Origin: Gemmatimonadota bacterium | Lineage (GTDB): Bacteria; Gemmatimonadota; Gemmatimonadetes; Palauibacterales; KS3-K002 | Assembly (NCBI GenBank): GCA_039586795.1 | Contig: JBDHJS010000001.1 | Coordinates: forward strand, 48,507-112,506 | Reading direction: 5' to 3' | Length of the DNA stretch: 64,000 nucleotides | Shown here: in pieces, positions 37,921 to 46,451 of the stretch | Numbering within the stretch: the first letter of the stretch is position 1 | How the letters are laid out: the number at the start of each line of letters is the position of its first letter | The notes under the pieces: generated by a model | The model's input: only the letters and a program-made list of their open reading frames with translations | Database searches by the model: none | Told to the model about the DNA's origin: nothing | Made by a program: the position numbers and the translations under genes

Positions 37921-40349
37921 AGCTTGAGGACTTCCGTGAGAGGCAAGCGGCGGCCGCGCTGAGCGAGGAAGAAATCCGCGCAGCCGTCGAGCGCGAGTTC
38001 CAGGTGATCGGGCGTCGACTGCGCCGAACCGATGGCATCGCCAAGTCCACGGGACGAGCAGTCTACACTGACGACATCACACTCCCTGGGATGCTGCACG
38101 GCAAGATCCTGCGCAGCCCTCACGCACACGCCCGTATCATGTCCATCGACGTATCGAGAGCCCTGCAGCTCGAGGGCGTGCACGCGGTGATCACCGGCAG
38201 CGACATGCCAGAACTTTACGGGATCATTCCGTGGTCACGGGACGAATACGCGCTGTGCGTAGACGTGGTGCGTTACATCGGCGACGGGGTGGCGGCGGTA
38301 GCGGCCATCGACGAAGAGACGGCGAACGCGGCGCTCGACCTAATCGAAGTGGAGTACGAGGTCCTTCCCCACTTTCTGGATCCGAAAGAAGCGCTAACGA
38401 ACGCGGATACGCCGATCCACGAGCCGAAGAAGCCGGGCGAGAACGGGAACATCTCGAAGCGTGTGCAGCTGGAGTTCGGCAGCGTCGATGCGAAGATGGC
38501 GGCGTCGGATGTAGTGGTCAAAGACGATTACTTCTTCGAAGGAACGACGCACACGGCGATCGAACCGCACTGCGCCATCGGCTATTGCGACGCAGGCGGC
38601 AAACTGACGGTTTGGTCGGCCACTCAGGTACCGCACTACCTGCACCGCGAGCTGGCGCGAGTGCTCGATCTGGATGTCGCCAAGGTCAGGGTCGTGCAGC
38701 CACCCATCGGTGGGGCGTTCGGCGGCAAATCGGAGCCGTTCGACCTGGAGTTCTGCGTAGCGAAGCTGGCGATGATCACCGGCCGCCCGGTGAAGATCCT
38801 TTATACTCGCGAGGAGGTATTCTACGCTCACCGCGGTCGGCACCCGATGTTCATGCGTTACGAGACCGGGGCCGACGCCAACGGACGAATCAAGGCCGTG
38901 CACGCGCGGACGATTCTGGACGGTGGCGCCTACTCCTCGTTCGGCCTGGTCACGACGTACTACTCGGGACAGTTGATCACGGCGCCGTACGCGATGGAGT
39001 CGTACCGATTCGACTCGATCCGAGTTTACACGAACAAGCCGTGCTGCGGGCCGAAGCGAGGGCACGGGTCGGTGCAGCCGCGGTTCGCGATCGAGGTCCA
39101 GCTGGACAAGATCGCCGAACAGCTCGAGATGGATCCGATCGAACTTCGTCGTCGCAACATCATCGGCTCGGGCTCGCGGACCGTGAACGAGTTTCGCATC
39201 ACGTCCAACGGCTTCGCGGAGTGTCTGGCCGAAGTCGAGAAAGCATCGGACTGGAAGAACAAGCACCGACGTTTGCCTTACGGCCGCGGCGTAGGCGTCG
39301 CCGGCTCGTGCTACATCTCCGGAACCAACTATCCGATCTACCCCAACGAAATGCCGCAGTCTGCAGTCCAGCTGCAGGTCGACCGGTCGGGGAGGGTCGC
39401 TGTGTTCAGTGGCGCATCCGAGATCGGCCAGGGCTCCGACTCGATGCTCGCCTACATCGTGTCAGAGGAACTGGGTGTTCCCCTCGACTACGTTCGAATA
39501 CTGTCGGCGGACACCGATCTGACGCCCGTGGATCTGGGCGCCTACTCGTCGCGGGTCACGTTCATGAACGGCAACGCTTGCATCGACGCGGCCCGCAAGA
39601 TCAAGACGCAAGTACAGCAAGCGGTTGCCGATCAATGGCTCTGCAAGCCCAAGCATGTGATGCTGGTGGGCGGCTGGGCGTTCTACGGCCTGGACACCGA
39701 GACAAAGATGCCGATCTCGGAGGCGTTCAACCTGGCCGAGGCGAAATACGGCGCCCTGGGCGCTACCGGGTCCTATAACACGCCGAAGGATATCCACGGC
39801 GAGTATCGGGGCGGGACGATCGGCTCGTCGCCGGCGTACTCCTTCACGGCCCACGTGGCCGAAGTGGAGGTCGATCCGGAGACCGGATTCGTCGAGGTGC
39901 AGAAGATCTGGATCGCCCACGATTGCGGCCGGGCGCTGAACCCGGTGCTGGTGGAAGGCCAGATGGAAGGCTCGGCCTACATGGGCTTTGCCGAGGCGAT
40001 CATGGAGGCGCATGTCTTCAAGGAGACGGGTCTGCACAACGCGCCTTCGCTGCTCGACTACAAGATCCCGACCAGCCTGGACACACCCGAGATGCGCTCG
40101 CTCATCGTCGAGTCGATCGATCCAGAGGGCCCCTACGGGGCAAAGGAAGCAGGGGAAGGCCCGCTGCATCCGTCCATACCGGCTATCGCGAACGCGATCT
40201 ACGATGCGGTGGGCGTGCGCATGGACCGCATGCCGTTCGCACCGCCAGCCGTCTGGAAGGCGATACGAGCACGCGCCGAACGGGAGCGCTCAGGTGGTTT
40301 GACGCCGTGGAAGAGAGACGACGCGTCTCTCGCAGCGGCGGGAGATTAG
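37917..40349 (+). CDS. molybdopterin-binding large subunit of xanthine dehydrogenase-family enzyme (CoxL/HcrA-like)
   Basis: GTG start overlapping the upstream stop (GTGA); GGAFGGK motif (PPIGGAFGGKSEPFD) and XDH-family domain order; 810 aa. Confidence 0.9.
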   Translation: MKLEDFRERQAAAALSEEEIRAAVEREFQVIGRRLRRTDGIAKSTGRAVYTDDITLPGMLHGKILRSPHAHARIMSIDVSRALQLEGVHAVITGSDMPELYGIIPWSRDEYALCVDVVRYIGDGVAAVAAIDEETANAALDLIEVEYEVLPHFLDPKEALTNADTPIHEPKKPGENGNISKRVQLEFGSVDAKMAASDVVVKDDYFFEGTTHTAIEPHCAIGYCDAGGKLTVWSATQVPHYLHRELARVLDLDVAKVRVVQPPIGGAFGGKSEPFDLEFCVAKLAMITGRPVKILYTREEVFYAHRGRHPMFMRYETGADANGRIKAVHARTILDGGAYSSFGLVTTYYSGQLITAPYAMESYRFDSIRVYTNKPCCGPKRGHGSVQPRFAIEVQLDKIAEQLEMDPIELRRRNIIGSGSRTVNEFRITSNGFAECLAEVEKASDWKNKHRRLPYGRGVGVAGSCYISGTNYPIYPNEMPQSAVQLQVDRSGRVAVFSGASEIGQGSDSMLAYIVSEELGVPLDYVRILSADTDLTPVDLGAYSSRVTFMNGNACIDAARKIKTQVQQAVADQWLCKPKHVMLVGGWAFYGLDTETKMPISEAFNLAEAKYGALGATGSYNTPKDIHGEYRGGTIGSSPAYSFTAHVAEVEVDPETGFVEVQKIWIAHDCGRALNPVLVEGQMEGSAYMGFAEAIMEAHVFKETGLHNAPSLLDYKIPTSLDTPEMRSLIVESIDPEGPYGAKEAGEGPLHPSIPAIANAIYDAVGVRMDRMPFAPPAVWKAIRARAERERSGGLTPWKRDDASLAAAGD

Positions 40350-40353
40350 CATC

Positions 40354-41358
40354 GTGCTCAGGCTCCACCCTTATCACTACCATCGCCCGGCCACCCTGAA
40401 GGAGGCCCTGGGTCTGCTGAAGCAGCACACCGGCGATGTGATGGCGATCGCGGGTGGCACGGACCTGGTCCCCAACATGAAGCACAGGCTCTTCACGCCC
40501 AGCCACCTTGTCGCGTTGAAAGACCTCGCGGAGCTTCAGGGGATCGAAGAGCGGGACGGTGAACTGGTCATTGGCGCCGCGGAGAGCCTGACCAGCGTGG
40601 CGACGCATCCGCTGGTGAAGAAGCACCTCCCCGCGCTGGCGGATGCCGCCGCCGCCATAGCCCATCCGATGATTCGCAATCAGGGCACGATCGGCGGCAA
40701 CATCTGCCTGGACACGCGGTGCACGTACTACAACCAGACGCATTTCTGGCGAAAGGCGCTGGGATACTGCCTGAAGAAGGACGGCGACGTCTGCCACGTG
40801 GTGAAGGGTGGCACCAAGTGCGTCGCCGCGCACTCGGCGGACACACCGCCGATCCTCATGGCGTTGGGCGCATCGATCGACATCGCCTCGGCGGATCGGG
40901 AGCGGAAGTTGCCGCTGGAAAGTTTCTTTGTCGCTGATGGTATTTGGAACAAAATGATGGCGCAGTACGAGCTAGTGACTCGCGTTCGCGTACCTCTCCC
41001 GCCGCCAGGGCAGCGTGCGGTCTATGTGAAGGTTCGGGAGCGCAATGCAGTGGACTTCCCGCTACTCAGCATCGGGTTGGCGGTCGAACTGGACGAGACC
41101 GACTCGTTGGCGCAGAGAATCTCGCTGGTAGTCGCCGCGCTTGGCGCCAAGCCTCGGGTCATCGGCGGCCTCGACAAGATCACGGACGGAAAGAAGCTCA
41201 CGTCTGATGTGATCGAGGAGATCGCACAACAGGCGTTCCGTCAGTGCAATCCCCTCGAGAATATCATCGTCGAGCTGGAGTGGCGGCGCGCTATGGTTCC
41301 GGTCTATGTGCGCCGCGCTTTCAAGCAGCTGCTCGCTCAGCCGCGGGCCGTCGCGTAG
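40354..41358 (+). CDS. FAD-binding medium subunit of XDH-family molybdoenzyme with Cys-rich insertion (HcrB-like putative [4Fe-4S] loop)
   Basis: AGGTDL FAD motif; insertion CLDTRCTYYNQTHFWRKALGYCLKKDGDVCHVVKGGTKC containing C-x16-C-x8-C-x9-C; GTG start with GGAGA RBS. Confidence 0.85.
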   Translation: MLRLHPYHYHRPATLKEALGLLKQHTGDVMAIAGGTDLVPNMKHRLFTPSHLVALKDLAELQGIEERDGELVIGAAESLTSVATHPLVKKHLPALADAAAAIAHPMIRNQGTIGGNICLDTRCTYYNQTHFWRKALGYCLKKDGDVCHVVKGGTKCVAAHSADTPPILMALGASIDIASADRERKLPLESFFVADGIWNKMMAQYELVTRVRVPLPPPGQRAVYVKVRERNAVDFPLLSIGLAVELDETDSLAQRISLVVAALGAKPRVIGGLDKITDGKKLTSDVIEEIAQQAFRQCNPLENIIVELEWRRAMVPVYVRRAFKQLLAQPRAVA

Positions 41359-42348
41359 CTAGCCCCCGACGACGGACTCCGCGAAGATCTCGACCGGCTC
41401 GACTATCGCATCCATCGGACTGAACTTCCATACTAGCACTTCGTCATCGCGTTCGTGCGCGTTCGACGTGATGATCCGACCCGGCATCCTCAGCCGGAAA
41501 TGGATCTCCGTGCTGCCCGCAACGTTCAGACCGTCCAGCTTGTCATCGATGAAGTCGCCAAGCCTGTCCGCCTCGTCATCGTAGATCTCGGCGAGCATGG
41601 CCCTGAGGAATTCTTCATCAGCGTCCGGGTAGCTGCGGCGCACGATGCGGGTCGCCTGCCTGGCTGTCCGGTCGACAACCTGCTCGAGCATCCGATCCTC
41701 CTCCTCGCCGCTGAGCTCGAATAGGCCCTGGTCGATAGCGGCCCACGCCTGCCCTCTAGCAGTACCTATGATCTCAGCGACGGCCTCATCCGAGAGATCC
41801 GGGTATTCCGTCACGACTCGCGCTTCGACGAGGCTCATCATGTATTCGACGAGAGCATCGAGGGCGTTCTCCCATTCGAAGCTCTCTCGATAGGTGAATG
41901 ACGTCGCGTCGCCGACACGGCCTGTCTCGACCTTTACCGTGTTCCAGAAGTGAACTTCGCCCAGCCTGACGTACCCGACTTTCGTGTCTACGTTGGCCCT
42001 GGTGGCGCCGGCAAAGTGCATGCTACGAGTGACATCTTCCCAGCCGGACAGGTTCCTGACACGAGTCTGGCGTGTGAACACCTCGGTGGTGTCCGTGCCG
42101 TCCACTTCGATCTCGTGGGCCCAACCGCGCTGGCCCGTGACGACACCCGTGACTTCTTGAAACTCGCCGATCGAGATTTCGAATCCCGGGCTGTCGGCAT
42201 CTGAAACAACCATCTTCTCGCTGCGAACACCACTGCCATCGGCATTCAGGGTGGTCTCTACCGTGTACTCGATGCAGCCGCCCAAGCCGAAGGCCGCAAA
42301 CGCCAACCCGGCAAGACCGACACGTTTTCCGCTCTTTATCCACTTCAT
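41359..42348 (-). CDS. hypothetical lipoprotein downstream of the ECF sigma/anti-sigma pair
   Basis: Start at internal Met (MKWIKSGKRV) with GAGGTGA RBS, verified as CAT at 42346-42348; lipobox GLGGC. Confidence 0.55.
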   Translation of the reverse strand: MKWIKSGKRVGLAGLAFAAFGLGGCIEYTVETTLNADGSGVRSEKMVVSDADSPGFEISIGEFQEVTGVVTGQRGWAHEIEVDGTDTTEVFTRQTRVRNLSGWEDVTRSMHFAGATRANVDTKVGYVRLGEVHFWNTVKVETGRVGDATSFTYRESFEWENALDALVEYMMSLVEARVVTEYPDLSDEAVAEIIGTARGQAWAAIDQGLFELSGEEEDRMLEQVVDRTARQATRIVRRSYPDADEEFLRAMLAEIYDDEADRLGDFIDDKLDGLNVAGSTEIHFRLRMPGRIITSNAHERDDEVLVWKFSPMDAIVEPVEIFAESVVGG

Positions 42349-42386
42349 GGTCCTCACCTCTCTATGACCAGTACACTCTCGACGTC

Positions 42387-43169
42387 TCACGACCGGACGC
42401 TTGCATCAGATAGCGCAAGCAGTCGAGCCACGGGAATCTGCAACTCTGGATCGAGCGCCAGGGCGTCCAGCAGACGAACCAACTCTGCCACCTGCACACC
42501 ATCCGCACCGCGCAGCTCATCCAGTGCTGTACTCCGGCCGGCAAGCGCCCAGAAAGGGGCACCTGCGAGCAGGCTTTCCAGCCTGGCAGCATCGACGATG
42601 GTCGTGCTGGGAGGCAACCGCTCCAGCATGCTAATCAGTTCAGCGACGCTCACGCTTTCGCGCCGGGAAAGCGTACGCTCCCACGCTCTTCGCCCCACCA
42701 ACCCGGTCGCCACGGACGATGTTGTGACCTCCAGGCTGGCGAGCCGCTGCTCGTGCTCGGCAATTCGTTGCACGAGGAGCTCTTCGCGTCCACGCAGCTC
42801 GCCCAGCTCACCGAGCAAGAAGCCAGTGGCGACAAGGAGCAGCACGGAAGCGGCGGCGAGGGACGGTGCCAACCAGCGCGATGATCCCCAGCCTCGCGGG
42901 CGCGTGATATGTCGTGCCTCCTGAATCGCGATCTCGGCCTGAACCGAATCCCACATCGACGCTACATAGACATCGGGCACCTCCACCTCGAGATCCTCTA
43001 GAGACGGCAAGGCGAGGTGTTCGTGCATGCGCAGAATCGCGTCGCACTCGACGCAGGCCTCGGCGTGAAGCTGAAGCTGGGCCATGCCGTCCTCGCCAAG
43101 TCTTCCCTGTTTGAGCGAGTCCAGCTGGTCCTGGAAAACCTCACAGTCGATGTTCTTCTTCACGTTCAA
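42387..43169 (-). CDS. membrane anti-sigma factor (zinc-finger HxxxCxxC type)
   Basis: HAEACVECDAIL zinc motif, central TM (AAASVLLLVATGFLL); start overlaps the stop of the sigma gene by 4 nt. Confidence 0.65.
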   Translation of the reverse strand: MNVKKNIDCEVFQDQLDSLKQGRLGEDGMAQLQLHAEACVECDAILRMHEHLALPSLEDLEVEVPDVYVASMWDSVQAEIAIQEARHITRPRGWGSSRWLAPSLAAASVLLLVATGFLLGELGELRGREELLVQRIAEHEQRLASLEVTTSSVATGLVGRRAWERTLSRRESVSVAELISMLERLPPSTTIVDAARLESLLAGAPFWALAGRSTALDELRGADGVQVAELVRLLDALALDPELQIPVARLLALSDASVRS

Positions 43170-43792
43170 TTCTCCGTGCTGCTGAGCGCCGCGGCCAGCC
43201 GCTTGCGCGCGAAATGTAGCGTTGCCCTGAGCGTGCCATTCTTGATTCCGAGCTCGCGCGCCACGTCCTTCTGCTCTCTCTGCTCCATATCAACCCTCAC
43301 GAAAACCTGGCGCTGGCTCTCGCTCAACTCGTCGAGCGCGACCAACAGGCGCTGGTGGAACTCGCGACGCTCGAGCTCCTCTTCTGGCCCAATATCTACG
43401 GAGGCGATCTCAAGTATGCCCATTTGCTCGTCATCGTTGGGGGTCATTTCGCGTTTGACCCAAGCTTTGCGCAGGTGACTGAGACAGCCGTTCCGGTGGA
43501 CGGTGAGGAGCCAGCCGCGGAAGGAGCGATCCGGGTCGTAGCTGTCGATCCGGCTGTGGACCCTGACCCACGTTTCCTGTGTCAGGTCGCGTGCCCACTC
43601 CCAATCCGCGGTGTAGCGGTAGGCGACGGCGATCAGCGTCCGGGTCAGCGACTCGACCAGGGTCCGAAATGCCCGCTGATCTCCGCCCTTCACGGCTACC
43701 GCGAGTGCTCTCAGCTGCTTCTCGTCCAAGCGCGATTTCCTCCGTCGTATTCGCGCCAATGCGCTTCCTCTTGGTATACGCAACAACCACAA
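43166..43792 (-). CDS. RNA polymerase sigma-70 factor, ECF subfamily
   Basis: Region 2 (DLTQETWVRVH) and region 4 HTH (QRQVFVRVDMEQREQKDVARELGIKNGTLRATLHFARKRL). Confidence 0.85.
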   Translation of the reverse strand: MWLLRIPRGSALARIRRRKSRLDEKQLRALAVAVKGGDQRAFRTLVESLTRTLIAVAYRYTADWEWARDLTQETWVRVHSRIDSYDPDRSFRGWLLTVHRNGCLSHLRKAWVKREMTPNDDEQMGILEIASVDIGPEEELERREFHQRLLVALDELSESQRQVFVRVDMEQREQKDVARELGIKNGTLRATLHFARKRLAAALSSTEN

Positions 43793-43885
43793 GATGTGCT
43801 TATGGGAAAGAATCGGAAATCGTGATTGGAAATAGGAACTGTTATCGGGATTCGCGAGACCGGGATCCTGAACTGGGGAATAAAA

Positions 43886-43919
43886 GACGCCGCCGGCCTT
43901 CCCTCAGCCCGGCGGCGTC
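43886..43919 (-). terminator. rho-independent terminator of the sigma/anti-sigma/PDZ operon
   Basis: 11-bp perfect stem GACGCCGCCGG/CCGGCGGCGTC, 12-nt loop, followed on the minus strand by TTTTATTCC; 20 nt after the PDZ gene stop. Confidence 0.55.
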
Positions 43920-43938
43920 TCTTCTTGTTGATTCCCGA

Positions 43939-44892
43939 CTAAGGTTCGCGGGTGCGTATTCCGAAGGCGCCGCCGAAGAAGTTCTCAGGGACCTTTCCGG
44001 TCACGGTTCGCGACCGTTTCTGCCGGTAGATCTGGAACGTGACCTCTTCATCTTCCTCGTAGGAACGGAGGATGCGCATCGCGTGACTAGGGCTCTGTAC
44101 CGCGCGGCCGTCGATCGCCTGAATCACGTCGCCGGCAATGAGGCCCAACTCACTGTCTTCGGGAGCGCTGAGGACCAGCAGGCCTTCGTCTGTGCCAAAG
44201 TACTCGCCGAGATCCGGATTGAGCTCGACAAGCTCTAATCCCGGGACGCGCTCGCCGATGGCGATGGCGAAATTGCGGGGCGCCTGGATCTGAACCTCGG
44301 GAAGTTCGCGCAGGCGGTATGACAGCGTGCGGAACCGATCGCTCATCGAGTCGTTGAATTCGCTGGTCCAGCCGATGGCGTAACCCTCAAAATCACCAAC
44401 GACCAACTCCGCGGTGTGCTCGTCCCCGTCACGCCGGTACTTGACGGTAACCGTGTCGCCCATCTCCAGCTCCCGGGCAAGCGCCGATAGCCGCTGTCCC
44501 GGACCGGAGAGCTCCTGACCCGGAGCGCCTTCCAGGTCGTAGTCCTCGAATCCCTCGAGCACGCTGTTGCCGTCGAGCTCGATGATGATATCGCCGGCGC
44601 GAATGCCTGCCTTGTCGGCGGGGCCATCCTCGCTCACGTCATCGATCAACGCGCCGTAACGGTCGGTCTCCGGGTTGGCTTCGGTGTGGATGTAGACGCC
44701 CAGCCGAGCCCGCTGCCCGAAGTAGAAGACGTTGCGCCCGGCATCGCCCAGGCGGGGAGCGACATAAACGCCGCCCACGTTGACGCGGGGGCAAACGCAG
44801 TCCTGATCTCTGTCTTCATCCTGCGCTTGCGCCGGCACCGACGTCGCCGTGGCTATCAGCGCTCCCACGAGTAGAAACTGTACCCACCTCAT
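43939..44892 (-). CDS. secreted PDZ-domain protein (two PDZ domains)
   Basis: Signal peptide from the internal Met (MRWVQFLL) with AGGAGG RBS, verified as CAT at 44890-44892; PDZ signatures GIRAGDIIIELDGNSV and GLIAGDVIQAIDGRAV. Confidence 0.7.
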   Translation of the reverse strand: MRWVQFLLVGALIATATSVPAQAQDEDRDQDCVCPRVNVGGVYVAPRLGDAGRNVFYFGQRARLGVYIHTEANPETDRYGALIDDVSEDGPADKAGIRAGDIIIELDGNSVLEGFEDYDLEGAPGQELSGPGQRLSALARELEMGDTVTVKYRRDGDEHTAELVVGDFEGYAIGWTSEFNDSMSDRFRTLSYRLRELPEVQIQAPRNFAIAIGERVPGLELVELNPDLGEYFGTDEGLLVLSAPEDSELGLIAGDVIQAIDGRAVQSPSHAMRILRSYEEDEEVTFQIYRQKRSRTVTGKVPENFFGGAFGIRTREP

Positions 44893-44951
44893 CTCGTTCT
44901 GCCTCCTGTCATGTATGCGCTTCATACTTGACCCTGTGTTCGTCTCTCGGC

Positions 44952-45635
44952 CTATCGCCAGACCGAAGTGGATGTTTGAACCGGTGTGTCCACCGGTCGC
45001 GCTTCACCTAACTGGATGCCGACAAGGGTCTCAAGCGTCGCAGTGCGCTCGTTCCACAGATTGACAAGGACGCGGCGGTCAACGCCGAGCTGGCGGCTTT
45101 CATGGATCATGCCGTCGAGAATCAGGATCCGATCCTCGAGCGCGGAAACGGCGATCGCCGTCGGCGCGTCGTAGACGCGGTACTGCGTCGGGTACGTTTG
45201 GAGAAGTGTTTCAAGCTCACGCGAGCGGTTGATGTACAGCTCGAGGTCGGGAGTCGCTTCGGCCACCCGGCCCTCCTCAACCGGGGCAACGGTTCCGTCC
45301 ACGACGGGACCCGGTGTAATCGGTTCGCCGCCACGCAGCAAGATGAAGCCGGTCAACGCGGCTGCTGCAGCGAGCCCAACCGTTCCGGCGCCCCACCAGC
45401 GACGCTTTCGCCGCTGGCTCACATCGGCGGCAACGTTCGTCCACAAGTCTCGCGGCGGCGTGAACGCGGGTAGCGCCTTCAGTTCCGCCCTGACTCTGAA
45501 GAGGCGCTCCAGTTCGCGCCGGCAATCCTCGCACGACTCCAGATGCGTCTGAGCATGCGCCGACCCCTCACCATCTCTCTCGGCCAGCAGTTCGTGCATC
45601 TCCAGATGTCGCAAGTTTACCATCAGTCCAACCAC
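44952..45635 (-). CDS. membrane anti-sigma factor (zinc-finger HxxxCxxC type)
   Basis: HLESCEDCRREL motif, TM (TVGLAAAAALTGFILL); immediately downstream of and overlapping the ECF sigma gene. Confidence 0.6.
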   Translation of the reverse strand: MVGLMVNLRHLEMHELLAERDGEGSAHAQTHLESCEDCRRELERLFRVRAELKALPAFTPPRDLWTNVAADVSQRRKRRWWGAGTVGLAAAAALTGFILLRGGEPITPGPVVDGTVAPVEEGRVAEATPDLELYINRSRELETLLQTYPTQYRVYDAPTAIAVSALEDRILILDGMIHESRQLGVDRRVLVNLWNERTATLETLVGIQLGEARPVDTPVQTSTSVWR

Positions 45636-46159
45636 TCCCGCAGACGTTTGTGCGCTCTCGATAGCTGTGACTTCGAGAAGCTGGCTGTCTTGCCCATCAT
45701 CTCGCCAATCTCTTCGTGCGTGTAGCCTTCCACGTCATGCAGCCAGAGCACCGAACGGGTCACCGGAGTCAAACGCCCCAGGGCGGCCTCCAGATCGATC
45801 GGTCCCGTCGGCTCCGGTGGATTCGTGCCGATCAATTCCAAGCTAATCACCTCGCCAGAGACCGTGCGTCGCGAACGGTTCCGTTCGCGACGCAGCAGCA
45901 TGAGCGCCTTGCTGACCGCCACCTGGCGGATCCAGCCCCAGAGGGAGCCGTCACCGCGATAGCGCCTGATGGACCGACACACCTCGACAAACGTGTCCTG
46001 CAGCACATCTTCCGCATCCTCTTCGTTGCCACAGATTCGGCGCCCCAGGTTGTAGACCTGGGTTCGATAGGCGCGGTAGACGCTCTCCAGGGCCTCGAGG
46101 TCCCCAGCCCGGGCGCGCGCCACCAGGGCATCGGCCAGCACTAAAGCATCGCTGCTCAT
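45623..46159 (-). CDS. RNA polymerase sigma-70 factor, ECF subfamily
   Basis: Region 2 (DVLQDTFVEV) and region 4 (VLWLHDVEGYTHEEIGEMMGKTASFSKSQLSRAHKRL). Confidence 0.85.
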   Translation of the reverse strand: MSSDALVLADALVARARAGDLEALESVYRAYRTQVYNLGRRICGNEEDAEDVLQDTFVEVCRSIRRYRGDGSLWGWIRQVAVSKALMLLRRERNRSRRTVSGEVISLELIGTNPPEPTGPIDLEAALGRLTPVTRSVLWLHDVEGYTHEEIGEMMGKTASFSKSQLSRAHKRLREWLD

Positions 46160-46261
46160 TCCACCCTGTATAGATGCGTGAAGGGCCCAAACCGTCGCCC
46201 CTATATAGGTGAAGTTTCGCCCTATGTCCCGAGCACCTAGTTTTTAGGGGTCCCAAGCCCT

Positions 46262-46402
46262 GACCGGGGGGATTCCGGGTTTCGTGGGTTACAAGGCTCG
46301 GGGATTCGGGGGGAATCGGGGATTGCTTCGCAGGCGGTCCAGGTTTCCCCGGATAATCCCAGAATCTCGTAAGCCCCTAATCCCAGAATCCCCGAATCTT
46401 CA
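46262..46402. repeat. cluster of CGAATCCCC/GGGGATTCG repeat units in both orientations in a 290-bp divergent intergenic region
   Basis: GGGGGGATTCCGGG, CGGGGATTCGGGGGGAATCGGGGATTG, AATCTCGTAAGCCCCTAATCCCAGAATCCCCGAATC. Confidence 0.45.
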
Positions 46403-46451
46403 GGGCGTGTGACCTTCGCGACCGTTCATCCCCCGACGGGAGGGCCGTCAA

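Noticed and set aside
38231-39778. 515-aa plus-strand ORF, in an alternative frame inside the molybdoenzyme large-subunit gene
   Set aside because: Composition (poly-Arg/Gly) and lack of any domain mark it as an artefact of GC3-rich coding on the real strand.
43793-43880. GGAACTGTTATCGGGATTCGC resembling an ECF -35 (GGAAC) element upstream of the ECF sigma gene
   Set aside because: The GGAAC lies on the plus strand whereas the sigma gene is on the minus strand; no convincing -35/-10 pair on the correct strand could be defined by eye.
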